The notes beneath the pieces are model-generated. The model saw only the letters and a list, made by a program, of their open reading frames with translations. It had not been told where the DNA came from and searched no databases. Both the position numbers and the translations under genes were made by a program. From contig CAMYJU010000007.1 of assembly GCA_947258795.1 (NCBI GenBank), positions 129,392-193,391 of the forward strand: DNA of 64,000 nt, in the 5' to 3' direction. Source of the DNA: an uncultured Gammaproteobacteria bacterium. GTDB taxonomy: Bacteria > Pseudomonadota > Gammaproteobacteria > DRJJ01. Positions 9,011 through 19,711 of this stretch are shown piece by piece; within the stretch, counting starts at the first letter, position 1; each line of letters begins with the position of its first letter.

Positions 9011-10282
9011 ATGACCGAACTACAGGTCATGCCCTTTGCTCCAGGTGTTGCACGTGGCATGCTGTGTCGCAACCACGATGTCGCGCACGACAGCATTGTC
9101 ATCCTGACCCAAAAGGAACTGGCCGCGTTCAATTTCCGACCGGCCGGTATCGTGGTCGTCGATGGTGCGCCATTGTCCCATCCTATGATCCGGCTGCTGG
9201 GACTGGCTGTCCCTACCGTGATTATCTCCACTGAAGCGGCCTGTAGACTGGAAGAAGGTAGCGAGGTACTGCTCGATGGTACACAGGGACGAATAGCCTG
9301 GCCTGCCGATTCCGATACTGAGCCGGTGCAGGCACCTGAACCACCACCAGCAGGTGAACCAGTCTATAGCGCAGATGGTGTGGCAATTGCGTTACGCGCC
9401 AGTATTGCTGGTGTTGATGCTTCTGCGCGTGCATTGACGCTAGGCGCCTCGGCAATCGGCCTGGTACGTTCCGAGTTCCTGATGCCGGAGACCGGTCGCA
9501 TACCGGATGCAGCATACTTTGATGAAGTCCTGGAAACCATATGTGACCGAGTACGGCCATTGTCAGTGACCGTACGCCTGCCGGACATTGCCGCAGACAA
9601 GCCAGTACCCTGGCTGCCAATGCAGGCTGGTATGACCGGCCCGCTGGGCCTGCAGGGGATACGGCTTTATGACCAGGAGCCGGTTCGTGGCGTTGTCTAC
9701 GCGATGCTGGATGCTGTTACACATCTTTCTGATCGCTATCAGTTCAGGCTGTTACTGCCTTATATAGTTCGGCCTGAGGAGTTTCGTTACTGGCGCGGTG
9801 AAATAATACAACGAACAGGCAAGTCCTTGCCGATCGGGATTATGGCCGAGACACCGGCAGCAGTGCTGGAGATACGGAACTGGTTTGATATTGCCGACTT
9901 TGTTGCGATTGGCTGTAATGACCTGATGCAATGCCTGTTCGCGGTCGATCGTGACCTGCCTGAGTTGCGAGATTACCTTGATCCCTATGCGCCCGTATTG
10001 TATCGCTTCTTGCTGCAGGCGGCTGACGCAGCAGGCAATCATCTGGATAGGGTGCAGTTGTGTGGTCTGTTGGCGCAGATGCCAGGCGTGTTGCCCGTGT
10101 TACTGGGTATGGGCTTCAGTGCCTTTTCGGTCGAGCCGGAAATGATTCCCTATCTGGCAAACACCGTCAGAGAGACTTCCCTATCTGAGGCCCGGTTGCT
10201 CGCCGGGCAGGTCAGTGCCGCCAGGGAGAGTCATCAGGTGCGTGAACTACTGGGAGTACCCGCCTGTGATTCTGGCAGTTGA
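9011..10282 (+). CDS. PEP-utilizing enzyme (Enzyme I-like: phospho-His swivel domain + PEP-binding barrel, no HPr-binding domain)
   Basis: GAPLSHPMI...LAVPTV (His retained), GLVRSEF, VRLPD, MAETPAA, IGCNDLMQ and LCG motifs; only 423 aa. Confidence 0.85.
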   Translation: MTELQVMPFAPGVARGMLCRNHDVAHDSIVILTQKELAAFNFRPAGIVVVDGAPLSHPMIRLLGLAVPTVIISTEAACRLEEGSEVLLDGTQGRIAWPADSDTEPVQAPEPPPAGEPVYSADGVAIALRASIAGVDASARALTLGASAIGLVRSEFLMPETGRIPDAAYFDEVLETICDRVRPLSVTVRLPDIAADKPVPWLPMQAGMTGPLGLQGIRLYDQEPVRGVVYAMLDAVTHLSDRYQFRLLLPYIVRPEEFRYWRGEIIQRTGKSLPIGIMAETPAAVLEIRNWFDIADFVAIGCNDLMQCLFAVDRDLPELRDYLDPYAPVLYRFLLQAADAAGNHLDRVQLCGLLAQMPGVLPVLLGMGFSAFSVEPEMIPYLANTVRETSLSEARLLAGQVSAARESHQVRELLGVPACDSGS

Positions 10283-10424
10283 TGTCGATTATACAGGTGA
10301 AAGTGCATCTGTCGCAGGTGTTGCTTTTGACGACTGGACAGATGCAAACGAGACAGGCATCTATACCAGAAATACCGGGATGGGATGGCATGGCATCGCA
10401 AAAACATACGGAAATCAGTATTGA
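10266..10424 (+). pseudogene. 5' fragment of a short-form endonuclease V gene
   Basis: GTG 10266 gives MILAVDVDYTGESASVAGVAFDDW, the typical N-terminus of short EndoV proteins. Similarity is lost after about 35 codons, where rtcA begins. Confidence 0.6.
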
Positions 10425-11427
10425 CGGCAGTACCGGCGAGGGTGGTGGCCAGATCCTGCGTACATCACTGTCCCTGTCGGTTTGTATTGGCCGGTCTTTC
10501 CGTATTTTCAATATCCGGGCAGCCAGGGCCAGACCCGGCTTACAGCCCCAGCATCTGGCGGCCGTCAAGGCCGCGATGCAGATTTCAAACGCCGTAGTCA
10601 GTGGGGACCAGAAAGGCTCACAGGAACTGGTGTTCAGGCCCGGCAGCCTGGTGGCCGGGGACTATCATTTCTCAATCGGCACCGCGGGCAGTACGACACT
10701 CGTGCTGCAAACCATCCTGCCAGCACTGATACTGGCCGATGCGCCTACAAGCCTGGTACTGGAAGGTGGCACACACAATCCCCTTGCACCCAGCTTTGAC
10801 TTCCTGCAACACAGCTTTTTGCCAATTCTGAATCGCATGGGACCCAGGGTCACCGCGACACTGGAACAACCCGGTTTTGCCCCCCGGGGTGGCGGTCGCA
10901 TGCAGGTGGATGTTCAACCCGTGTCCAGCCTGAATGCGCTAGACATTCCGGAGCGTGGATCTGTTCAGAATCAATATGCCGAGGTGCTGCTGGCGCATTT
11001 ACCCAGGCATATCGCCGAACGCGAATTGGCCACGTTAAAACACAGCCTGGGTTATACGGATGCGCAACTCAGGTTTCAGGACGTGACCCAGGCTTATGGA
11101 CCGGGTAACGCTGTCTCTGTCGTGGTGAGCAGTGAAAACATTACTGAATTTTTTACTGCGTTCGGACAGCGTGGCCTGCCCGCCGAGCAGGTTGCGATCC
11201 GGGTCGTGAAAGAGGTACGTCGTTATCTGGCTGCCGGTGTACCGGTTGGCTCTCATCTCGCGGATCAATTGCTGATACCGTTCGTGCTGGCCGGCGGAGG
11301 CATGTTCAAGACCTTGAAGCCGAGTAGTCATACCTTGACGAACATCGATGTCATTCGCGCTTTTAGTCATAGATGCATCCATACTGAAGAGACAGGTCCT
11401 GATCAATGGATCGTGAGCATAGACTGA
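10390..11427 (+). CDS. rtcA: RNA 3'-terminal phosphate cyclase
   Basis: IDGSTGEGGGQILR, RPGLQPQH, GTAGSTTLVLQT, GGTHNP, GFAPRGGG and HLADQL (catalytic His). Confidence 0.96.
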   Translation: MASQKHTEISIDGSTGEGGGQILRTSLSLSVCIGRSFRIFNIRAARARPGLQPQHLAAVKAAMQISNAVVSGDQKGSQELVFRPGSLVAGDYHFSIGTAGSTTLVLQTILPALILADAPTSLVLEGGTHNPLAPSFDFLQHSFLPILNRMGPRVTATLEQPGFAPRGGGRMQVDVQPVSSLNALDIPERGSVQNQYAEVLLAHLPRHIAERELATLKHSLGYTDAQLRFQDVTQAYGPGNAVSVVVSSENITEFFTAFGQRGLPAEQVAIRVVKEVRRYLAAGVPVGSHLADQLLIPFVLAGGGMFKTLKPSSHTLTNIDVIRAFSHRCIHTEETGPDQWIVSID

Positions 11428-11467
11428 AAACCATGTTAATCAGAGGTTCCTTTTGTAGATATTGAAG

Positions 11468-13480
11468 ATGACTAGCCGGAGACATGAACTGCGTGTATTA
11501 AACGCTGACGCGTCTGGGATCATCAGAACCGTGCTGGATACTGACCGGCGCCTGCTGCTGTTCGGTGCACCCGGCACGGGCAAATCGATGCTGGCAGGTA
11601 AACTGGCCGTGGCACTGGCCCGGTCTGGCAGGATTTGCTGGTGTCTCAGTGCTGATCCGGGTTCGCCTGTATTCGGTATCCCCGGTGCGATTAGTCTGGC
11701 CGGCTGGAAAACAGACCACTGGCAAGTCGAGCGTTTTGAGTCTATCTGCAGCCTGGATGGAGGGCGTTTTCGACTGCCGCTGGTCAGCGCGGTACGATAC
11801 CTGCTGCAGCCGCAGCCGGAAGGTGTTTTATTGGTAGACGGGCCGGGTGTGGTGCGGGGAGTGGCCGGGCGAGAGTTGCTGCAGGGGCTGGTCGAAGCTG
11901 CAGGTATCGAAGTGGTCCTGGCGCTGACCCGGCCAGATCGACCGCCACCGCTACTGTCCGAACTACGCGCACTGGTCAGGGAGATTGTTGTCATCCATGC
12001 GGCTGATGAAGCAAAACGACCCGGTAAACGCACGCGCGCCCGCCTGAGAACGACGCAGTGGCAGGCCTATCTCAACTCGGCAGTCGAACAGCAGATTGAT
12101 TTGTCCAGCTTGAACCTGATCGGTACACCACCTCCGCTTGATGAGTCTGCCTGCTGGACGGGTCGCATGCTTGCCCTGTTGCAAGCCAACAGGACGATTA
12201 CTATGGGTGAGGTCCTGCGCCTGGATGGAGAGCAATTAAGCATCAGCGCACCGCCCGTCAATGAAGCATTCGATACAGTGCTGATTCGCGATGCGCAACG
12301 CAATATGAATGGCCAGATTGAAACCGCGGCCCCGTTTGTCAGGGAGGGCTTTGAATTTGTCCCTCCGCCGGAGGTGTTGTCCCTGCCCGAGGATAATGGT
12401 GGGCCACGGGTGCTTGGACGGGTGGGTCCGCTGGACCTGGCATTGGTGAATGGCGTGTTCGGTGATCCCTTGCTGCATCTGCGTATACGTCACCTCGGGC
12501 GCAGCCTGTTATTTGATCTGGGTGAAGGCGGGCGTCTGCCGGCACGTATTGCGCACCAGGTCACCGATGTCTTTATCAGCCATGCCCATATGGACCATAT
12601 CAGTGGTATGCAGTGGTTGTTACGATCGAGACTGGGTGAGTTTCCGGATTGCCGGCTATATGGTCCACCGGGACTGGCCAGGCATATCGCAGGATTCGTG
12701 CACAGTTTTTTATGGGACCGGATTGGTGATCGAGGCCCGGCTTTCATCGTAGCCGAGTTGCATCAAGAGCGCTTGCAACGTTACCGCATACAGGCGGGCA
12801 AAACCGCCAGCGAGCGGCTGGATGATATTGAGCTTGTCGATGGTATCCTGCTGAACGAAAAGGGGTTCCGGGTGCGTGGCATCATGCTGGACCATATGAC
12901 ACCGGTGATGGCCTATGCGTTTGAGCCGGACAATGAAATCAATATCCGTAAGGATCGCCTGCAGGAACAGGGCTTGGAGCCGGGCCCCTGGCTGACGGAT
13001 CTGAAGCGGCAACTACATGCGAATCATGATTCTGCCCTGATCCAGTTACCCAATGGACAGGAAAAACCGGTCAAGGCGCTGGCTGCGGAGCTGGCCTTGA
13101 TCCGGCCAGGCAAACGTCTGGTCTATGCGACTGATCTGGCCGATACCGCCGACAACAGGGAACGTTTGATACGTTTTGCGCATAACGCCCATACCCTGTT
13201 TTGTGAATCCCCGTTTATTAACAGGGATATATTGCATGCAAAACGCAATGGTCATCTGACCACCAGTGCCTGCGGCGAAATTGCATCGGCTGCCGGAGTT
13301 GGACGCCTGGTGACCTTTCATTTCTCACGGCGTTATCAGTATGAACCCCAATTGGTATACGAAGAATTGTATGAGTCGTGCTCCCGTGTGGTGATGCCAA
13401 AGTCCATGTCGGTATTCGACACAGCAGACTCAGGCACATCGATCAGTCTTGAATCAGACAATGATCGGCACAAGACATGA
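11468..13480 (+). CDS. Clp1-like polynucleotide kinase domain fused to an RNase Z-like metallo-beta-lactamase
   Basis: N-terminus: GAPGTGKS P-loop, ADPGSPVFGIPG, LVDGPG. C-terminus: LFDLG, SHAHMDH, LDH, exosite PGPWL, YATD, ES, HLT and HFSRRY. Confidence 0.82.
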   Translation: MTSRRHELRVLNADASGIIRTVLDTDRRLLLFGAPGTGKSMLAGKLAVALARSGRICWCLSADPGSPVFGIPGAISLAGWKTDHWQVERFESICSLDGGRFRLPLVSAVRYLLQPQPEGVLLVDGPGVVRGVAGRELLQGLVEAAGIEVVLALTRPDRPPPLLSELRALVREIVVIHAADEAKRPGKRTRARLRTTQWQAYLNSAVEQQIDLSSLNLIGTPPPLDESACWTGRMLALLQANRTITMGEVLRLDGEQLSISAPPVNEAFDTVLIRDAQRNMNGQIETAAPFVREGFEFVPPPEVLSLPEDNGGPRVLGRVGPLDLALVNGVFGDPLLHLRIRHLGRSLLFDLGEGGRLPARIAHQVTDVFISHAHMDHISGMQWLLRSRLGEFPDCRLYGPPGLARHIAGFVHSFLWDRIGDRGPAFIVAELHQERLQRYRIQAGKTASERLDDIELVDGILLNEKGFRVRGIMLDHMTPVMAYAFEPDNEINIRKDRLQEQGLEPGPWLTDLKRQLHANHDSALIQLPNGQEKPVKALAAELALIRPGKRLVYATDLADTADNRERLIRFAHNAHTLFCESPFINRDILHAKRNGHLTTSACGEIASAAGVGRLVTFHFSRRYQYEPQLVYEELYESCSRVVMPKSMSVFDTADSGTSISLESDNDRHKT

Positions 13481-13846
13481 AGCCTGAGGTAGTGCCAAGC
13501 TGCCGAAACCGGCATGCCAAAACCGCTCTGTGCTAAGGAAGCGGCTGGGTTTAAGCACGGTTTTTCTGTAATATTCGTCATATTAATCTGGAAATCGGTT
13601 GATCCCGGTTTGATTCAGCCACAAATAGATTCAGTTAAGTCAGGTCACATTAACTATTTGAATTAAAAGAGAAATAGTTGTTGTAAAGCGTGATGGGGCT
13701 GTGCAGGGCTATTCATTTGTTTGCCTGTAGACTTGCCTGACCCAGGCACCATGATCATCGGACTGGTCACGGATATATATCTCTAAGTAATTAAAAAAAC
13801 AGGATATTTTCAAAAATATTACGATATGGGGGTGCTGGTCAGTTGT

Positions 13847-13880
13847 TTGTCGTAAATCTGTAATATTTCTCGTTCACTAT
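13847..13880 (+). promoter_or_regulatory. Pho box upstream of pstS
   Basis: TTGTCGT-AAAT-CTGTAAT, then 10 nt, then CACTAT; expected location. Confidence 0.75.
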
Positions 13881-14041
13881 GGTTGCCTGAGTAGTGGGGC
13901 GTTATCCCGGGTACGCGGGAATGTACCGAATAAACAACCAGGGACTGATGGCACTGCGTCATCAAGGGAAAACGTTAAGCGAACACAAGCTTAAACTTGT
14001 TACAGACAACAATTTACTTATCAGAAAAATTGGAGGCAACT

Positions 14042-15196
14042 ATGTCAACGCGCCAGTTTCTTGCATCTGCAGGATTAGCGGGAGTACTCTCAGCAGCTGT
14101 GTTTTCAGGGGCTTATGCAGCATCAGCTCGTGATCACATCACTATCGTCGGTTCTTCGACCGTATATCCATTTGCCACTGTTGTAGTAGAGCAGTTCGGT
14201 AAAACAACCAGTTTTAAAACCCCGAAGGTTGAATCAACCGGCTCCGGTGGTGGTCTGAAACTGTTCTGCTCCGGTGTTGGCGTTCAGCATCCGGATGTCA
14301 CCAATGCATCCCGTCGCATCAAGTCTTCAGAAGTGAATAAATGCAAAAAGAACGGTGTCAAGGATATCATCGAGGTCAAAATCGGTTACGACGGTATCGC
14401 AATTGCCAACTCCAAGAAGGCCGGTCAGTTCAAGCTGAGCCGTAAGGACATCTTCCTGGCGCTGGCTCACAAGATCCCGGGCCCTGACGGCAAGCTGGTC
14501 AGTAATCCAAACAAGACCTGGAAAGACGTCAATGCCAGCCTGCCTAACACCAAGATCGAAGTACTGGGTCCGCCTCCAACATCCGGTACCCGCGATGCAT
14601 TCAACGAACTGGCTATGGGTGGCGGTGCCAAGAAGATCGATGATCTGAAAAAACTGCGTAAAATGAAGCGTGGCGCACCGGAAATCAAGGATATGATGAA
14701 AAAGCTGGGTATCCCGATGAGTGTCTGGACGGCCTATGAAAAGAAAAAGGGCAAGGCGCCAAAGGGTAAAGACATCTTCAAGCAGGTTGCCTATGCGATC
14801 CGTGAAGACGGGGCATTCATCGAGGCGGGTGAAAATGACAACCTGATCGTTCAGAAACTCGAAGCCAATTCCAATGCACTGGGTGTATTCGGCTTCAGCT
14901 TCCTGGATCAGAACCTCGACAAGGTACAGGGTTCTCTCGTGGATGGTGTAGCGCCTTCATTTGAGACCATCGCTGATAACAGCTACCCGATCTCCCGTCC
15001 CCTGTACTTCTACGTCAAGAAGGCCCACGTTGGCGTGATTCCGGGTATCCGTGAATTCCTGTCAGAATTCACCAGCGACAAGGCCTGGGGTGACGAAGGA
15101 TATCTGTCAGAACGTGGTCTGATTCCGATGCCTACTGCTGAGCGTGCCAAGTTTGCAGCGGATGCGAAGAATCTGACACCTTTAAACATGAAGTAG
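14042..15196 (+). CDS. pstS: Phosphate ABC transporter substrate-binding protein
   Basis: IVGSSTVYP, STGSGGG, SGTRDAF and YPISRPLYFY; signal peptide; GGAGG RBS. Confidence 0.96.
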   Translation: MSTRQFLASAGLAGVLSAAVFSGAYAASARDHITIVGSSTVYPFATVVVEQFGKTTSFKTPKVESTGSGGGLKLFCSGVGVQHPDVTNASRRIKSSEVNKCKKNGVKDIIEVKIGYDGIAIANSKKAGQFKLSRKDIFLALAHKIPGPDGKLVSNPNKTWKDVNASLPNTKIEVLGPPPTSGTRDAFNELAMGGGAKKIDDLKKLRKMKRGAPEIKDMMKKLGIPMSVWTAYEKKKGKAPKGKDIFKQVAYAIREDGAFIEAGENDNLIVQKLEANSNALGVFGFSFLDQNLDKVQGSLVDGVAPSFETIADNSYPISRPLYFYVKKAHVGVIPGIREFLSEFTSDKAWGDEGYLSERGLIPMPTAERAKFAADAKNLTPLNMK

Positions 15197-15209
15197 TATC
15201 GAGTAAAGT

Positions 15210-15248
15210 TACAGCGGCCGGGGTTCCGGCCGCTGTACTTTAATTTTT
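15210..15248 (+). terminator. Hairpin after pstS (terminator/mRNA stabiliser)
   Basis: TACAGCGGCCGG-ggtt-CCGGCCGCTGTA followed by a T-rich tail. Confidence 0.75.
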
Positions 15249-15265
15249 CAAAATTCGGTGTAGGT

Positions 15266-16648
15266 ATGCAACTTTCATTTCTACTGGTTGTGCTGCTGGT
15301 CTTGTCTTCCCTGGCTTTTTATCTGGGCAAGAAGCGGGCCTTTCAGGTCTCCCAGGGCCAAATCAGGAATCTACACTCACTACCAGCCTACTATGGGCTA
15401 TATACAGCTATCTGGTGCGGCATACCCGCGCTGATCATATTTTCGGTCTGGATCGCATTTGAACCAGCCATTATTACCAACCTGGTGGTTGCCGGCCTGC
15501 CTGATGAGGTCCGCAGTATCGGACCAGATCGCCTGAACCTGATCATTAATGACATCAAAAACCTGGTCGAGGGCAATATCACCAGCAGGGATGTGGATGA
15601 GAACTTGCAGGCTGCGGCTGATCACTATCAAAGCCTGGTCACCACCAGTCATGCCGCACTGGCAGTTGTTGTTTTATGTCTGACTATTGTAACCGGCGCG
15701 ATTACGCTTAGTCGGATCAAGGTTAAACAGCGTGCACGTAACACCGTTGAGAAGGTAATGACCGGGATTCTGATCTTCTGTTCCAGTATTGCGATACTGA
15801 CTACCCTCGGGATCGTGCTTTCTGTACTATTTGAATCGATAAGATTTTTCCGGGAAATCCCGCTTACCGATTTCCTGTTTGGCCTGGAGTGGAGCCCGCA
15901 GACAGCGATTCGTGAAGACCAGGTCGGCTCTTCCGGTGCCTTTGGTGCAGTACCGCTGTTTGCCGGTACCATGCTGATCTCCCTGATTGCAATGCTGGTC
16001 GCGGTGCCGATCGGGCTATTGTCCGCGATTTATTTGTCTGAATATGCCAATCCCCGGTTCAGGGCCACTGCAAAACCCTTACTGGAGATCCTGGCTGGTA
16101 TTCCGACTGTCGTCTACGGTTTTTTTGCTGTCCTGATCGTAGCTCCGGCGATACGCGATGCCGGCGGTTATATCGGACTGGATGTGGCATCAGAGAGTGC
16201 ACTCGCGGCAGGGCTGGTCATGGGAATCATGATCATCCCGTTTGTCTCGTCCCTGTCTGATGATGTGATTAATGCGGTACCCCAGGCGATGCGGGACGGT
16301 GCCTATGGTCTGGGTGCAACCCAGTCTGAAACAATCCGCAAGGTGATCTTTCCGGCTGCTCTCCCGGGTATCGTAGGCGGTGTTCTGCTGGCCGTTTCAC
16401 GAGCCATCGGTGAAACCATGATTGTGGTCATGGCCGCAGGTCTGTCTGCAAACCTGACCGCCAATCCGCTCGAGGCGGTGACCACGGTGACCGTGCAGAT
16501 TGTGACCCTGTTAACCGGTGACCAGGAATTCGATAGTGCCAAGACGTTAGCGGCATTTGCACTGGGGCTGATGCTGTTTGTTGTGACCCTGACACTAAAC
16601 GTAATTGCGCTGCATGTTGTACGCAAGTATAGGGAACAATATGAGTAA
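15266..16648 (+). CDS. pstC: Phosphate ABC transporter permease PstC
   Basis: LAGIPTVVYGFF and SRAIGETMIV motifs; operon position. Confidence 0.96.
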   Translation: MQLSFLLVVLLVLSSLAFYLGKKRAFQVSQGQIRNLHSLPAYYGLYTAIWCGIPALIIFSVWIAFEPAIITNLVVAGLPDEVRSIGPDRLNLIINDIKNLVEGNITSRDVDENLQAAADHYQSLVTTSHAALAVVVLCLTIVTGAITLSRIKVKQRARNTVEKVMTGILIFCSSIAILTTLGIVLSVLFESIRFFREIPLTDFLFGLEWSPQTAIREDQVGSSGAFGAVPLFAGTMLISLIAMLVAVPIGLLSAIYLSEYANPRFRATAKPLLEILAGIPTVVYGFFAVLIVAPAIRDAGGYIGLDVASESALAAGLVMGIMIIPFVSSLSDDVINAVPQAMRDGAYGLGATQSETIRKVIFPAALPGIVGGVLLAVSRAIGETMIVVMAAGLSANLTANPLEAVTTVTVQIVTLLTGDQEFDSAKTLAAFALGLMLFVVTLTLNVIALHVVRKYREQYE

Positions 16649-17927
16649 AAAGTCCAGAACGATCGATATTGTTCGCGCCGGAATGAAAAAGCGCAAGGCC
16701 GCTGAGACCCGTTTCAGGCTTTACGGTCTTGCAGCAATCGCGCTTGGTCTAATCTTTCTGTCATTACTGTTTGTCAGTATTGTCGCCAATGGATATACAG
16801 CCTTTGCACAGTCTTATGTGGAAATCGAGGTTTATATTGATCCGGACAGGATAGACCCGGAAGGTAAACGGGAGGATTCCGTGCTATCCAGGGCCGATTA
16901 TGGCGGTTTGGTCAAGGCCACACTGCGCGAAATGTTTCCGGAGGTCAGGTCGCGCAGGGATAAAAGACAGCTTTACCGGCTGGTCAGTACCGGGGCCAGT
17001 TACGAGATCAGGGAAATGGTATTGGAAGATCCTGAACTAATCGGTCAGAAGATCTCAGTCTGGGTGCCGGTCGATGATGAGATCGATATGTTACTGAAAG
17101 GGCATATTGACCGGAATTCACCGGAGGCAGATCGCCGGGTCAAGGACAAGCAGATTGCCTGGGTCGATAAACTGATCAGTGAAGAAAAGATCGAGAAGCG
17201 CTTTAATACCATCTTTTTTACCGCAGGAGATTCCCGTGACCCGGAATTGGCAGGTATCTGGGGTGCCGCGGCCGGATCGTTCTTTACACTCATTGTGACC
17301 CTGATTCTGTCATTCCCGATTGGTGTCGCGGCCGCTGTGTACCTGGAAGAGTTTGCACCACAGAACCGGTTTACCGACTTTATTGAAGTCAATATCAACA
17401 ACCTGGCTGCTGTTCCCTCTATTGTTTTTGGTTTGCTGGGTCTGGCGGTATTTATCAACTTCTTTGGAATGCCGCGCTCGGCACCGATCGTGGGCGGCCT
17501 GGTGCTGACCTTAATGACCCTGCCCACCATTATTATCGCCAGCCGGGCGGCGCTGAAATCGGTTCCCCCGTCAATAAGAGAGGCGGCTTTGGGTATTGGC
17601 GCATCACCGATGCAGACCATGGTTTACCATGTTTTACCACTGGCGATGCCCGGCATGCTGACCGGTACCATCATTGGTATGGCACAGGCGCTGGGGGAAA
17701 GTGCGCCATTGCTGATGATCGGTATGGTGGCGTTTATCGTCGATATACCCCAGGGTGCCTTTGATCCGTCTACGGTATTGCCGGTGCAGATCTATCTGTG
17801 GGCGGATAGTCCCGAGCGCGCCTTTGTGGAGCGAACATCGGCAGCAATTATGGTATTGTTAGCCTTTCTGATCACCATGAATGCCCTGGCAGTCATGTTG
17901 CGCAAACGCTTTGAGCGGCGCTGGTGA
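16641..17927 (+). CDS. pstA: Phosphate ABC transporter permease PstA
   Basis: [14 protein letters not shown] and ALGESAPL motifs; overlaps the pstC stop. Confidence 0.96.
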   Translation: MSKKSRTIDIVRAGMKKRKAAETRFRLYGLAAIALGLIFLSLLFVSIVANGYTAFAQSYVEIEVYIDPDRIDPEGKREDSVLSRADYGGLVKATLREMFPEVRSRRDKRQLYRLVSTGASYEIREMVLEDPELIGQKISVWVPVDDEIDMLLKGHIDRNSPEADRRVKDKQIAWVDKLISEEKIEKRFNTIFFTAGDSRDPELAGIWGAAAGSFFTLIVTLILSFPIGVAAAVYLEEFAPQNRFTDFIEVNINNLAAVPSIVFGLLGLAVFINFFGMPRSAPIVGGLVLTLMTLPTIIIASRAALKSVPPSIREAALGIGASPMQTMVYHVLPLAMPGMLTGTIIGMAQALGESAPLLMIGMVAFIVDIPQGAFDPSTVLPVQIYLWADSPERAFVERTSAAIMVLLAFLITMNALAVMLRKRFERRW

Positions 17928-17958
17928 GAACGGTTTTTATCCTGGCACTGACAGAAAA

Positions 17959-18858
17959 ATGAGTATTCCAATGGACACAATTGAGAAGTCTAAAGTTGAT
18001 GAAATCGAAGACACTGGGGTGAAAGAGCCGGTCTTCATGCCTGAAGATTCAGCCACGATAGACCGTGAAAACCGCGCGACGGTTGGCGAAGTGTTTGTCG
18101 ACAACCCACGCATGAGTTGTCGTGACGTCAACGTGCACTATGGTGAGAATCACGCCATTCACGATGTCAATCTGGATATCGGCTGTAATGAAGTGATCGC
18201 GATGATCGGCCCGTCCGGCTGCGGTAAATCCACTTTCCTGCGCTGCCTGAATCGTATGAATGATACCATCGAAGGCTGCAAGGTAAGCGGCAGCATTATC
18301 ATGGATGGGGAGGAGATCAATAGCAAGAAGATCGATGTCGTACCGCTTCGTGCCCAGGTGAGCATGGTTTTCCAGAAGCCGAACCCGTTTCCGAAATCCA
18401 TCTATGAAAATGTCGCCTTTGGTCCACGCATACACGGGCTCGCAAACAACAAGGTGGAACTGGACGAGATCGTTGTCACCAGCCTGGAAAAGGCAGGTTT
18501 ATGGAATGAGGTCAAGGATCGTCTGGACAAGCCGGGCACCGGACTGTCGGGTGGACAGCAACAGCGTCTCTGCATCGCCCGCACGATTGCGGTAGGCCCT
18601 GAAGTGATCCTGATGGATGAGCCCTGTTCAGCACTGGACCCGATTGCAACGGCCAGAATCGAGGACCTGATTGATGAGCTGCGCACGCAATTTACCATCT
18701 GCATCGTGACGCATTCCATGCAACAAGCGGCGCGTGTCTCCCAGCGTACTGCATACTTCCACCTCGGTGATCTGATCGAGGTGGGTGATACTACCAAGAT
18801 ATTCACCAATCCGAAACACCAGCTCACGGAAGACTATATTACCGGTCGTTTTGGTTAG
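17959..18858 (+). CDS. pstB: Phosphate ABC transporter ATPase PstB
   Basis: [26 protein letters not shown] and DYITGRFG. Confidence 0.97.
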   Translation: MSIPMDTIEKSKVDEIEDTGVKEPVFMPEDSATIDRENRATVGEVFVDNPRMSCRDVNVHYGENHAIHDVNLDIGCNEVIAMIGPSGCGKSTFLRCLNRMNDTIEGCKVSGSIIMDGEEINSKKIDVVPLRAQVSMVFQKPNPFPKSIYENVAFGPRIHGLANNKVELDEIVVTSLEKAGLWNEVKDRLDKPGTGLSGGQQQRLCIARTIAVGPEVILMDEPCSALDPIATARIEDLIDELRTQFTICIVTHSMQQAARVSQRTAYFHLGDLIEVGDTTKIFTNPKHQLTEDYITGRFG

Positions 18859-18955
18859 GTTTTCAACAAAGACCAGGGGAATACACCTGATTACTCATCG
18901 GTAGTTTCTATACAGAGACCGCTCATACATATCCCGTACCTGACAGGATTCCAAT

Positions 18956-19711
18956 ATGCAGCAACCAACGGAAGGACATACAGTCATACGCTATGATGGA
19001 GAGTTGAACCGTCTTCATCTGATGATGCTGGAGATGGGTAGCCTGGTGCTGGACCAGGTGCACACTTCCCTGAAAGCACTGAAGACTGAAGACCTGGTTG
19101 CCACTCGTCTGGTTCTGGACAGGGAGCATAAGGTGGACGAGCTGGAAATCAGGGCAGATGATGAAATCGTGTCGCTGATTGCCCGGCGAGGGCCGGTTGC
19201 GAGGGATCTGCGCGTGATCATGGCCTTTTCCAAGTCCATTACCGACCTGGAGCGGATAGGGGATGAGGCAGCGCGTATTGCCAGAATCATCGAAGAGATG
19301 TATGAGACCGAACGTAGCCATCCGAGTGGGCAGCTCATGCGTGATGTGCACTCCATGGGTACCTTGGTGACCAATATGCTGCGCAGGGCACTCGGTATTA
19401 TCGATGGGCTTGATGCCGATGATGCAGTGGAAATGGCAAGGGAACAGGGAATCCTGGACGCCGAGTTCCGTTCCAGTATGCGCAGACTGACGACCTTTGT
19501 GCTGGAAGATGCCCGTAATGTCGGGCATGCTATTTATATCACTCTGATTATCAAGGCGCTGGAACGTATCGGCGATCATTCCAGAAATCTGGCCGAATAT
19601 GTCGTTTACCTGATGAGCGGAGAGGATATTCGCCATAGCCTGAATACGCCAGATCCAACGGATTCCCCGTATTACAACGATGGCCCTGACAGCCAGGGCA
19701 AGCAAATGTAA
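18956..19711 (+). CDS. phoU: Phosphate signalling protein PhoU
   Basis: PVARDLR, DLERIGD and ALERIGDH repeats; follows pstB. Confidence 0.96.
   Translation: MQQPTEGHTVIRYDGELNRLHLMMLEMGSLVLDQVHTSLKALKTEDLVATRLVLDREHKVDELEIRADDEIVSLIARRGPVARDLRVIMAFSKSITDLERIGDEAARIARIIEEMYETERSHPSGQLMRDVHSMGTLVTNMLRRALGIIDGLDADDAVEMAREQGILDAEFRSSMRRLTTFVLEDARNVGHAIYITLIIKALERIGDHSRNLAEYVVYLMSGEDIRHSLNTPDPTDSPYYNDGPDSQGKQM

Noticed and set aside
10279..10389. N-terminal extension of RtcA in the ORF track
   Set aside because: It overlaps the EndoV remnant; RtcA homology begins at ATG 10390.
13566..13581. Second Pho box upstream of pstS (CTGTAAT...TCGTCAT)
   Set aside because: The half-sites are 9 bp apart rather than 11.
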